Assembly: GCA_036563745.1 (NCBI GenBank)
Contig: DATCLV010000514.1
Span: 1-27,961, forward strand
Length of the DNA stretch: 27,961 nucleotides
Direction of reading: 5' to 3'
Source: Acidimicrobiales bacterium
Lineage (GTDB): Bacteria; Actinomycetota; Acidimicrobiia; Acidimicrobiales; VFJN01
This document shows positions 8,546 through 16,528 of the stretch, piece after piece. The notes under the pieces were generated by a model. It was not told where the DNA came from. It saw only the letters and a program-made list of their open reading frames with translations, and did no database searches. The stretch's first letter is position 1, and every line of letters starts with the position of its first letter. Both the position numbers and the translations under genes were made by a program.

Positions 8546-9057
8546 GTCACCGGCACGATCCGGCCGTAGCCGCCCCGGTGGAACACCAGCGGCGAGCGCG
8601 TCGCGCCGGGCAGCTCGAGGTCGAGCACGCGGCCGAGCACCAGCCAGTGGTCGCCGGTGGGGACCACCTGGTCGATCCGGCAGTCGATCCACGCCACCGC
8701 GTCGTCGAGCCGGGGCGCGCCGGTCAGCCCCGGGCGCCAGCCGCAGGACCCGAAGCGGTCGACGCCCTTGGTGGCGAACAGGCGGCACAGGTCCTCCTGG
8801 TGGTCGCCGACCACGTTGGCGCAGAACGCGCCGGCGGCCTCGATGCCCGGCCACGTCGACGACCGGTGGTCGACGAAGAAGCCGACCAGCGGCGGGTCGA
8901 GCGACACCGACGTGAACGACCCGACCGCCAGGCCCACGGGGCCCGGGTCGCCGGGGGCGGTCACGATCGCGACGCCGGTCGGGTGGTGGCCCAGCACCTC
9001 GCGCATGCGGAGGGGGTCGATCACGGGGTCGTCCGGAGGCACGGTCGTCATCGTCAC
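8542..9057 (-). CDS. Flavin reductase family protein (HpaC/HsaB-like)
   Basis: REVLGHHPTGVAIVT, GLAVGSFTSVSLDPPLV, SSTWP, GDHWLVLGRV, PLVFHRGGY. Confidence 0.92.
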   Translation of the reverse strand: MTMTTVPPDDPVIDPLRMREVLGHHPTGVAIVTAPGDPGPVGLAVGSFTSVSLDPPLVGFFVDHRSSTWPGIEAAGAFCANVVGDHQEDLCRLFATKGVDRFGSCGWRPGLTGAPRLDDAVAWIDCRIDQVVPTGDHWLVLGRVLDLELPGATRSPLVFHRGGYGRIVPVT

Positions 9058-11480
9058 AGACCCAGCGGGACCTCGCCGATCACCTGCTCCTCCCGGAGCC
9101 TGGCCAACGCCTCGGCGTCGAGGCCCAGCTCCCCCAGCACCTCGTCGTTGTGCTGGCCGAGCAGCGGGGCGGGCCGGGTGTGCCAGGGCTCGTCACCCCG
9201 GCTGCGCAGGCGGAACGGCAGCGACGGGTAGCGCTTGGGACCCACCACCGGGTGGTCGACCTCCTCGAAGAAGCCGCGGCCGGTGAGCTCGGGTCGCCGG
9301 TCGGCCAGGTGGGCGGGGACCACGGGCTCGGCCGGCACGCCGGCGTCGCGCAGCGCGGCCAGGGCGGCGTCGGCATCGCGGCCGGCGCACCAGGCGGCGA
9401 GCGCCGCGTCGATCCGGTCGGCGGCGGCCCGGCGCCCGGCGGCCGTGGCCAGCTCGGGGTCGTCGAGCCAGGCGTCCTGCCCGACCGCCTTTGCCAGCGC
9501 CGCCCACTCGTCGTCGGTGCGGACGGCAACGGCGATCCAGTCGTCGGCGCCGTCGGGGCCGCAGCGGTAGGCGCCCTGGGGTGCGGCGTGGGGGCCACGG
9601 TTGCCGTCCCGCCCGAGCGACCGGCCGTAGGCGCTGTGCTCGATGGTCTGCTCGGCGGTCACGTTGAGCACCACGTCGATCATCGGTACCTCGATGAGCT
9701 GGCCCTCCCCGGTCCGGCGCCGCTGCTCCAGCGCGGCGAGGGCGGCGACCATGGCGTGGATGCCGGCGAGCGGGTCGCAGACCGGGCCGGGGTTCATGGG
9801 CGGGTCGCCCTCGGGGCCGGTGGTCCAGCACATGCCGCCGGCCTGCGACACGGTCTGGGCGAAGCCGGGCCGGTCGCGCCACGGGCCGTCGAGCCCGAAG
9901 GCGGGCATGCGCACGAGCACGATCCCGGGGTTCACGGCCCGCATCCGCTCGTAGGTGAGCCCGAAGTTGTCGAGCACCCGGGGCGTGTAGTTCTCGACGA
10001 CGAGGTCGGCGGTGGCGAGGAGCTGCTCGAACACCTCCCGACCCCTGGGCGACGACAGGTTGAGCGTGACCTCCCGCTTGCCCAGGTTGGGGGCCACGAA
10101 CACCGGCGCCGTCTCGTACCACTGCGGCTCGGTGCGGGGGACCCGGGTGTTGTAGCGCTGGGGGTCGGGCCGCTGGATCGACTCGATGCGGACGACGTCG
10201 GCGCCCAGGGCGGCCAGCAGCTGCGTGGCGATCGGGCCGGCCCAGAAGGTGGTGAGGTCGAGCACCCGGAGCCCGGCGAGCGGCCGGGGGTTGGGGCGGG
10301 GACCGCCGTCGACGGGTGCGGCGCCGTCGGTCGCCGTTCGGGGCGCCCAGTCGACCCGCCCGTCGTGGGCGCCGACCGCGGGCGGCTCCCCCACCTCGGG
10401 GCGCCGCGACCCGGCCATGCGGAACGGCGACGCCGGCTGCACGAACCCGCCGGCGGGATTGGTGGTGAACGAGCCCCGCTCGACGAGGTGGTCGAAGTGC
10501 GGCATGGTCTCGCCCCGGCCGATCAGCGCCGCCGGCACCCGGAACAGGGCCGCCAGCTCGGTGATCTCCTCGGCGGTGCGGGCCCGGGTCCACTCCCGGA
10601 TCACCGGCAGCAGCTCGTCCTTGCGGGCCATGCGGCCCGGCATGGTGAGCAGCTCCTCGTCCTCGCCGAGGTCGGGGCGCTCGATCATCGTGAGGAAGTC
10701 GAGCCACTGCTGGCCGGTGACCACGAAGAACCCGACGTAGCCGTCGGCGCAGGGCTCGACGCCGGGGATGCTGAGCCAGCGGACGGTCTCGGCGTTCTGG
10801 TGCGGGAAGCTGGCGGTGACCGTCGGGTAGTTGACCAGGCACAGCGCCTGGGCCTCGAGCACCGACACGTCGACGGCGTCGCCGCCCCCGCCCAGGCGGG
10901 CGGCGAGGGCGCCGGCGGCGCCGAACATGGCGGCGACGTACTCGCCCACGCGACCGCCGCCCTCGTTGACGTAGACGGGCGACCCGTCCTGGGCGCCGCG
11001 GGCCGACAGCGATCCCGACAGCGCCTGCAGGAGGAAGTCGCCCGGGTCCTCCCCGGCACGGGGGTTGCCGGCGCCGAAGGGGTCGATCGTGACCGCCACC
11101 GCCGTGGGGTTCAGCGCCCGGACCCGCTCGGGGTCGACGCCGAGGACGATGTCGGCCCCGGCGATGAGGGCGTCGAGGTCGTCGCCCCGGTCGCCACCGT
11201 CGCCGCCGGGGCCGCCGGGGCCGCCGTCGCCGTTCCCGCCAGGGCCACCGCCCGCCGTGACCGACCGCTGGCCGGCCCGCAGGAAGCGGAAGAAGGCGCC
11301 GTCCGGGTGGCCGTCGGCGCCGGTCGAGCCCGTGGTCGACCAGCGCCGCAGCGGGGCACCGCCCGGCGGTTCGGCCACCACCACGTCGGCCCCGAGGTCG
11401 GTGAGCAGCTTGGCGCAGTACGCGCCGGCCACCCCGGTCGTGGCGTCGAGGACCCGCACCCCGTCCAGCGCTGTCGTCAC
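9054..11480 (-). CDS. Class III CoA transferase, tandem CaiB/BaiF domains
   Basis: Two repeats: LDGVRVLD...YCAKLLTDLGADVV and LAGLRVLDLT.FWAGP.ATQLLAALGADVVRIES; NLGKR, ENYTP, RPGF. Start GTG 11480 with RBS GGGGAGG. Confidence 0.92.
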   Translation of the reverse strand: MTTALDGVRVLDATTGVAGAYCAKLLTDLGADVVVAEPPGGAPLRRWSTTGSTGADGHPDGAFFRFLRAGQRSVTAGGGPGGNGDGGPGGPGGDGGDRGDDLDALIAGADIVLGVDPERVRALNPTAVAVTIDPFGAGNPRAGEDPGDFLLQALSGSLSARGAQDGSPVYVNEGGGRVGEYVAAMFGAAGALAARLGGGGDAVDVSVLEAQALCLVNYPTVTASFPHQNAETVRWLSIPGVEPCADGYVGFFVVTGQQWLDFLTMIERPDLGEDEELLTMPGRMARKDELLPVIREWTRARTAEEITELAALFRVPAALIGRGETMPHFDHLVERGSFTTNPAGGFVQPASPFRMAGSRRPEVGEPPAVGAHDGRVDWAPRTATDGAAPVDGGPRPNPRPLAGLRVLDLTTFWAGPIATQLLAALGADVVRIESIQRPDPQRYNTRVPRTEPQWYETAPVFVAPNLGKREVTLNLSSPRGREVFEQLLATADLVVENYTPRVLDNFGLTYERMRAVNPGIVLVRMPAFGLDGPWRDRPGFAQTVSQAGGMCWTTGPEGDPPMNPGPVCDPLAGIHAMVAALAALEQRRRTGEGQLIEVPMIDVVLNVTAEQTIEHSAYGRSLGRDGNRGPHAAPQGAYRCGPDGADDWIAVAVRTDDEWAALAKAVGQDAWLDDPELATAAGRRAAADRIDAALAAWCAGRDADAALAALRDAGVPAEPVVPAHLADRRPELTGRGFFEEVDHPVVGPKRYPSLPFRLRSRGDEPWHTRPAPLLGQHNDEVLGELGLDAEALARLREEQVIGEVPLGL

Positions 11481-11527
11481 GTCGCCTCCCCCTTCCACCG
11501 GGCTCCCGTGGAGCACTTTTCCTACCG

Positions 11528-11554
11528 GCCGAGCGCTTGCTTGGTAACGTTACC
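11528..11554. promoter_or_regulatory. Shared operator site C plus palindrome GGTAACGTTACC (divergent CoA transferase / SBP promoter)
   Basis: CCGAGC-GCTT-GCTTGG (11529-11544) abutting a 12-bp perfect palindrome (11543-11554) that carries TAACGT on each strand. Confidence 0.7.
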
Positions 11555-11606
11555 CCGTCGATTCCCTGTGCCGCCACGTGTCGGGCGGCCGACCCCAGGA
11601 GGCACC

Positions 11607-12833
11607 ATGCGAGCTCGACGCCCTCTCGCCCTCACCGCGACGGCGCTGCTGCTGCTCGCCGCCGCGGCGTGTGGCGACGACGACGACCCGGCCGAGGAGG
11701 CGGGCGGTTCCACCGGCGCCGACGGCGAGCTGCAACTCGACGATCCCCTCAAGATCGCCTTCCTCTGGGAGGTCAGCGGCGAGAGCGCCAACGCCGTCGA
11801 CTTCTACCAGAACAGCGCCATGCTGGCGGTGGAGGCGATCAACGAGGCCGGCGGCGTCGGCGGGCACCCGATCGAGACCGTCCGCATCTCCGCCCCGCCC
11901 CTCGACCTCCAGAAGTCGCAGGCCGCCTACCTCGAAGCCCTCGACGAGGACCCCGACGTGATCGTCGGCTTCCCGTCCTCCGGCCAGGTCGAGGCCGCGC
12001 AGACCAACATCGAGCGCGGCGGCGTGCCGTTCCTGTCGGTCGCCTCGCAGAACCTCAAGTACGGCGAGGACGGCATCAGCGAGTACATGTGGGCGCTGCT
12101 GCCGTCGGTCGACTCCATCGTCGGCACCACCGTCGAGTACATGGTCGAGGAGGCCGGCCACACCGAGATCGGGCTCATGGCCACCACCGAGACGTTCGGC
12201 ACCGCCGCCACCGAGGCCGCCAAGGCCGCCCTGGAGGAGAAGGGCATCGAGCTCGCCGCCGAGCGCCGCTACGAGCCCGACGCGACCGACCTCACCGAGG
12301 CCGTGCTCGCCATGCGCGACGTCGAGGCCGTCATGGACTGGGGCTTCCCGAACCCGATGGCGGTCCAGCTCAAGCAGTTCCAGCAGAACGGCATCGACAT
12401 CCCGACCTACATGCACAGCGCCGCGCAGGTCATCGTCGAGAACGAGCTGGCCACCGGCGACGCCATCGCCCAGCTCCACGCCGCGGTCCCCTGCAACCCG
12501 ACCGGCACCGACCGGCCGTCGCTGCAGGCGTTCACCGAGCAGTACCAGGAGGAGCACGGCGTGTCGCCGTCCAGCTCCGGGACCGCCGCCCACGACGCCA
12601 TCTACATCATCAAGGCGGCCGTCGAGGAGGCCGGGACCACCGACCCCGAGGCCCTCAACGAGGCGCTGGGGTCGATCAGCGTCGAGGACGACGACCTCAT
12701 CTGCAACTCCGAGTACCACGCCGACGGGGCCCACTACCTGGCCCACGAGGTGGCGGTGATCAAGTTCGCGGCCGACGGCTCGTCGACCACGGAGAAGACC
12801 TACACGGTCCCCGACGTCGACGCCGCCGGCTGA
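11607..12833 (+). CDS. ABC transporter substrate-binding lipoprotein (LivJ / Peripla_BP_6 type)
   Basis: Signal peptide ending LAAAAC; AMLAVEAINEAGGVGGHPIE; FG.AA..AA..ALEEKGIEL.AE..Y; AHDAIYIIKAAVEEAGTTD; RBS AGGAGG. It is the real gene at the end of the 9150-12833 track ORF. Confidence 0.9.
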   Translation: MRARRPLALTATALLLLAAAACGDDDDPAEEAGGSTGADGELQLDDPLKIAFLWEVSGESANAVDFYQNSAMLAVEAINEAGGVGGHPIETVRISAPPLDLQKSQAAYLEALDEDPDVIVGFPSSGQVEAAQTNIERGGVPFLSVASQNLKYGEDGISEYMWALLPSVDSIVGTTVEYMVEEAGHTEIGLMATTETFGTAATEAAKAALEEKGIELAAERRYEPDATDLTEAVLAMRDVEAVMDWGFPNPMAVQLKQFQQNGIDIPTYMHSAAQVIVENELATGDAIAQLHAAVPCNPTGTDRPSLQAFTEQYQEEHGVSPSSSGTAAHDAIYIIKAAVEEAGTTDPEALNEALGSISVEDDDLICNSEYHADGAHYLAHEVAVIKFAADGSSTTEKTYTVPDVDAAG

Positions 12834-12841
12834 CCCGGCTC

Positions 12842-12906
12842 CCCCGTTCCAAATTGCGTTCGAGAAGCCGCATATGTCGGCCCGATCAACGCAATTTGGG
12901 ACGGGG
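12842..12906. repeat. 19-bp inverted repeat with 27-nt spacer between convergent genes (REP/MITE-like, possible terminator)
   Basis: CCCCGTTCCAAATTGCGTT (12842-12860) and AACGCAATTTGGGACGGGG (12888-12906), 1 mismatch; AT-richer than the background. Confidence 0.8.
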
Positions 12907-12944
12907 TCGCGTGGGCGGCGGCGTCGCCGGCTCCACCACCACAC

Positions 12945-13700
12945 TCACTGCATGGTGATGCCGCCGCTCACGCTCAACGTCTGGCCGGTGACGTAGCCGG
13001 CCCGGCCGCTGCACAGGAACGCCACCGTGGCGGCCACGTCCTCGGGCCGACCCAGGCGCCGCAACGGGATCGACCGCACCAGCGCCTCGACCAGCTGCGG
13101 CTTCTCCGCCTGCACCGCCCGCGTCATCGGCGTGTCGGTGGGGCCGGGGCACACCACGTTGCTGGTCACCTCCGCCCGGGCCACCTCCCGGGCCAGCGAC
13201 CGGGCGAAGCCGAACAGCCCGGCCTTGCACGCCGTGTAGACGGCCTCGCCCCCGGCGCCGGCCCGGGCGCCGTCGGACGCCACGAACACCACCCGCCCCC
13301 AGCGCCGCTCCACCATGCCGCCCACCAGCGCCTGGGTCAGCAGCATCGGGGCCTTGAGGTTGACCTGCCACTGGCGGTCCCAGGTGGCCGGGTCGCTGTC
13401 GGCGAACCGCTCGACCTGCGTGATGCCGGCGTTGTTCACCAGCACGTCGACCGGGCCGTGGTCCCGGGTGACGGCGGCGGCGAAGGCGGCGATCGAGGCG
13501 TCGTCGGCCAGGTCGACCTCGGCCGCGACCCCGGCGCCGCCCGGCAGCCCGGCGGCGACCCGCTCGGCGCCGGCGGCGTCGACGTCGGCGACCACCACGC
13601 GGGCGCCGAGGGCCGCCAGGTCGGTGGCGATGGCCGAGCCGATCGCCCCGGCGGCGCCGGTCACCACGGCCACCCGGCCGGTCAGGGAGAGTCCGTCCAT
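12945..13700 (-). CDS. SDR oxidoreductase, 2-hydroxycyclohexanecarboxyl-CoA dehydrogenase (BadH)-like
   Basis: TGAAGAIG, NNAG, ASDGARAG, YTACK, CPGPTDT, GQTLSVSGG (the SDxAR / GPTDT / SVSGG combination is typical of BadH-like SDRs). Confidence 0.85.
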   Translation of the reverse strand: MDGLSLTGRVAVVTGAAGAIGSAIATDLAALGARVVVADVDAAGAERVAAGLPGGAGVAAEVDLADDASIAAFAAAVTRDHGPVDVLVNNAGITQVERFADSDPATWDRQWQVNLKAPMLLTQALVGGMVERRWGRVVFVASDGARAGAGGEAVYTACKAGLFGFARSLAREVARAEVTSNVVCPGPTDTPMTRAVQAEKPQLVEALVRSIPLRRLGRPEDVAATVAFLCSGRAGYVTGQTLSVSGGITMQ

Positions 13701-13761
13701 CCGTGTGCTCCTCGGGTCGTCGTTCGGAGGTCGAGCGGTCGGGGTTCCGGGGCCCGGCGGT

Positions 13762-14853
13762 TCAGGCGACCGCGGCCGCGCCGTCGCCGGCGACCACGTA
13801 GCGCTCGGCCATCACCCGATGGCCGGCGGCGTTCGGGTGCAGGCCGTCGGGCAGCAGACCGGCGTCGGCCGGGCCCAGGAGGTCGAGCCCGTCGACGTAG
13901 GCGAGGTGGGCGTCGCCGAGCGAGCGCCGCACGTCGACCACCTGCCGCAGCGCGCCGCGCATGGCGGCCAGCGACAGGTCGCCCTCCACCTCCCGCCGCC
14001 ACGTCGGGGTCACCAGCACCGACCGGGCCGTCGCCTCCCGCTCGGGGCTCACCACCGGCGACAGCACCGTGACCGGCACGGTCGGGTGGCCGTCACGGAC
14101 CGACGCCACGAACCCGTGGACCGCCGGGCCGAACGTGCGCTCCCGCAGCGTGGCGAAGTTGTGGACGTTGATGCCCAGCTCGAGGGTCACGTGGTCGGCG
14201 TCCAGCCCCGCGATCGCCCGGGCGACCAGCGGGTCGAGGTGGCACTGGCCGGTGTAGCCCAGGTTCACCAGGTGCCAGCCCCGGCGGCGGGCCACCAGCG
14301 CCGGCCACGTGCGGGTGGGGCGGAGGCCCGAGCCCTGGGTGATGCTGCTGCCGTAGACGACCCAGCGGGGCCGCCGGTCGGGCGGCGGGGGCTCGTCGTG
14401 GGCGACCGCGTCGACCGCCACCGCCCGCACCCGGACCGCCGGCGCCGGCGGCAGCCACAGCTCCAGGTCGTGCGGGCCGGGCGGGAGGTCGTCGAAGCAC
14501 ACCTCGTGACGGCCGGGCCCGTGGCCGGCCAGCCGGGTGACGACGAGGTCGCCGTCGACCACCAGGTCGAGGTGGACGGGCAGCCGGTAGCCCTCGTGGC
14601 CGGGCAGCTCCCGGGCCTCCAGGGCGACCGCCACCGACCGGGTGTCGCTGCGCCACCGCAGCCGGACGCCCGACGGGCAGCGGGCCGCGGCCACCAGCGC
14701 CGGGTGGTGGAGCGGCCGGTCGGCGGCGGGGAGCCGCCACGGCTGGACGCCCTCGCCGGTCGCCTCGACCGCCAGGGCGCCGTCCCACCGCACGACGGCG
14801 TCACCCGAGTCGGCGGCGTCACCCGGGCCGCTCGTCAGGTCCAGCTCACGCAT
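13762..14853 (-). CDS. SGNH/GDSL hydrolase with N-terminal beta-sandwich (SsfX3-like)
   Basis: YGSSITQG (block I), NLGYTG (II), ELGIN (III), DGLHP (V); N-terminal SGVRLRWRSD. Confidence 0.85.
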   Translation of the reverse strand: MRELDLTSGPGDAADSGDAVVRWDGALAVEATGEGVQPWRLPAADRPLHHPALVAAARCPSGVRLRWRSDTRSVAVALEARELPGHEGYRLPVHLDLVVDGDLVVTRLAGHGPGRHEVCFDDLPPGPHDLELWLPPAPAVRVRAVAVDAVAHDEPPPPDRRPRWVVYGSSITQGSGLRPTRTWPALVARRRGWHLVNLGYTGQCHLDPLVARAIAGLDADHVTLELGINVHNFATLRERTFGPAVHGFVASVRDGHPTVPVTVLSPVVSPEREATARSVLVTPTWRREVEGDLSLAAMRGALRQVVDVRRSLGDAHLAYVDGLDLLGPADAGLLPDGLHPNAAGHRVMAERYVVAGDGAAAVA

Positions 14854-15280
14854 CGGTCCCGGGGCGGGGACGGAAGCTGGGGATCGTGCCCCAGCCCGGT
14901 CGCTCGGTGAAGGTCACCTCGACGGGGAGCCCGATGCGCACGTCGTCCGGGGCGATGTCGACCAGGTCGGCGAACACCCGGAGGCCGGCCTGCTCCTCCA
15001 GGTCGACCCAGCCCACGGCGTAGGGCACCTCGCCGTCGAAGCCGAGGACGAACGGGCGGTGGACGACGGTGAACGTCGCCACCTCGCCCCGACCAGACAC
15101 CGGCTCGAACGCCAGCTCGGTGCTCCCGCACGACGGGCAGCGCACGTCGGGGAAGTGCACCCAGCGGCGGCAGCCGGCGCACCGCTGGATCTCCAGCCGT
15201 CCCTGCCGTGCCGCCTCCCAGTAGGGCGCGGCCAGGTCGCTCGGCGTGGGGACGGGCTTGGCGGGGGTCGTGTCGCTCAC
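14846..15280 (-). CDS. DUF35-type Zn-ribbon/OB-fold protein
   Basis: PYWEAARQGRLEIQRCAGC...HFP..RCPSC, SGRGEV.TFTVVHR, PYAVGWVDLEEQ, GLPVEVTF. GTG 15280 overlaps the thiolase TGA; absent as a separate ORF in the track. Confidence 0.92.
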   Translation of the reverse strand: MSDTTPAKPVPTPSDLAAPYWEAARQGRLEIQRCAGCRRWVHFPDVRCPSCGSTELAFEPVSGRGEVATFTVVHRPFVLGFDGEVPYAVGWVDLEEQAGLRVFADLVDIAPDDVRIGLPVEVTFTERPGWGTIPSFRPRPGTDA

Positions 15281-16491
15281 CGGGCCACCCCCTCGGCGCC
15301 GCCGACGCCGCCGACGCCGCCTGCGCCGCCGGTGTCGCCGGTGTCGCGGGTGAGGATCGCCGCGGTGCCGAAGCTGCCGCCGAAGCCGGTGCACAGGGCC
15401 ACCTCGGCGTCGGGCACCTGCCGGTCGCCGGCCTCGTGGCGGAGCTGGACGACCGCCTCGGCCACGTTGTTGAGCCCGTGCACGTACCCCTCCGACAGCA
15501 GACCGCCGTTCGTGTTGGTCGGCAGGGCCCCGTCGAGCCGCAGGCCGCCGGCGCGCACGAACGCCCCGGCCTCGCCCGGCGGGCAGAACCCGAGGTCCTC
15601 CAGCTGGGCGAGCACCACCCACGTGTAGGCGTCGTAGAGCAGGGCGACGTCGACGTCGGCGGGCGTGAGGCCCGAGGTGCGCCACAGCTCGTCGGCGAGG
15701 TAGCGGGTGAAGACGCCGTCGATGTCCTCGGCCCGGTCGAGCGCCGAGCAGCCGGGGCCGCCGCCCCGCACGACCGAGCGGATCGCCACCGGGGGGTGGG
15801 GCAGGTCGCGGGCCCGGTCGATGCTCGTCACCACGAGGGCGCAGCCGCCGTCGGTCTCCTGGCAGCAGTCGAACCGGCGCAGCGGCGTGGCCACGAACGG
15901 GCTGGCGTGGTGGTCGTCGACGGTGAGCGGCGTGCGCATGAGCGCCCGGGGGTTGCGCACGGCGTGGGCCCGCAGCTCGACGGCGACGGCGGCGAGGTCG
16001 TCGTCGGTCTGCCCGGTGGCGTGCAGGTAGCGCTGGGCGGCGAGGGCGTAGAGCTGCACCGGCCCGGCCAGGCCGTACTGGCCGTAGAAGTGGGCGTCCT
16101 CGGCGTGGCCCACGGCGGTCTGGCCCATGCGCTTGCCGCTGCGGCCGTTGAGCGCCCGGTAGATCACGACGACGTCGGCGAGCCCGGCGTCGACGATCAT
16201 CGCCGCGTCGCCCAGGATCGACGCCGTCTGGGTGCCGCCGCCGAAGAGGTCCTGGTGCCAGCGGAGCCGGGTCAGGCCGAGGGACCGTGCGAGGCCGAGG
16301 ACCGGGATCGAGTCGTTCATGGCGTAGCTGAGCAGGCCGTCGACGTCGTGGACGGCGAGGCCGGCGTCGTCGAGGGCGTCGAGGACGCACGCCGTGGCCA
16401 GGTCGCCCACCGTCACGCCGGAGGCGCGGGAGAACGGCGTCCAACCGACGCCGACGATTGCCGCCCGCCCGGCGAAGGGTTGCAGGGCCAT
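15277..16491 (-). CDS. Thiolase-fold, SCP-x/Ltp2-like lipid-transfer protein (probable aldolase)
   Basis: AAIVGVGWTPFSR, GGGTQTAS (no catalytic Cys), RRFDCCQETDGG.ALVVTS, LLYDAY, LPTNTNGGLLSEGYVHG. Confidence 0.88.
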   Translation of the reverse strand: MALQPFAGRAAIVGVGWTPFSRASGVTVGDLATACVLDALDDAGLAVHDVDGLLSYAMNDSIPVLGLARSLGLTRLRWHQDLFGGGTQTASILGDAAMIVDAGLADVVVIYRALNGRSGKRMGQTAVGHAEDAHFYGQYGLAGPVQLYALAAQRYLHATGQTDDDLAAVAVELRAHAVRNPRALMRTPLTVDDHHASPFVATPLRRFDCCQETDGGCALVVTSIDRARDLPHPPVAIRSVVRGGGPGCSALDRAEDIDGVFTRYLADELWRTSGLTPADVDVALLYDAYTWVVLAQLEDLGFCPPGEAGAFVRAGGLRLDGALPTNTNGGLLSEGYVHGLNNVAEAVVQLRHEAGDRQVPDAEVALCTGFGGSFGTAAILTRDTGDTGGAGGVGGVGGAEGVAR

Positions 16492-16528
16492 GCGGCCAGA
16501 CTAGCCAACCGAGCGCTAGCTTGGTCCA
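16492..16528. promoter_or_regulatory. Compact divergent leaderless promoter pair with shared operator site D
   Basis: Minus TAGTCT (16503-16498) 6 nt before ATG 16491; plus TAGCTT (16517-16522) 6 nt before GTG 16529; CCGAGC-GCTA-GCTTGG at 16509-16524. Confidence 0.7.

Noticed and set aside
9150-11606. N-terminal 819 aa of the 1227-aa ORF as a fusion to the binding protein
   Set aside because: Antisense to the CoA transferase; the real gene starts at ATG 11607 with RBS and signal peptide.
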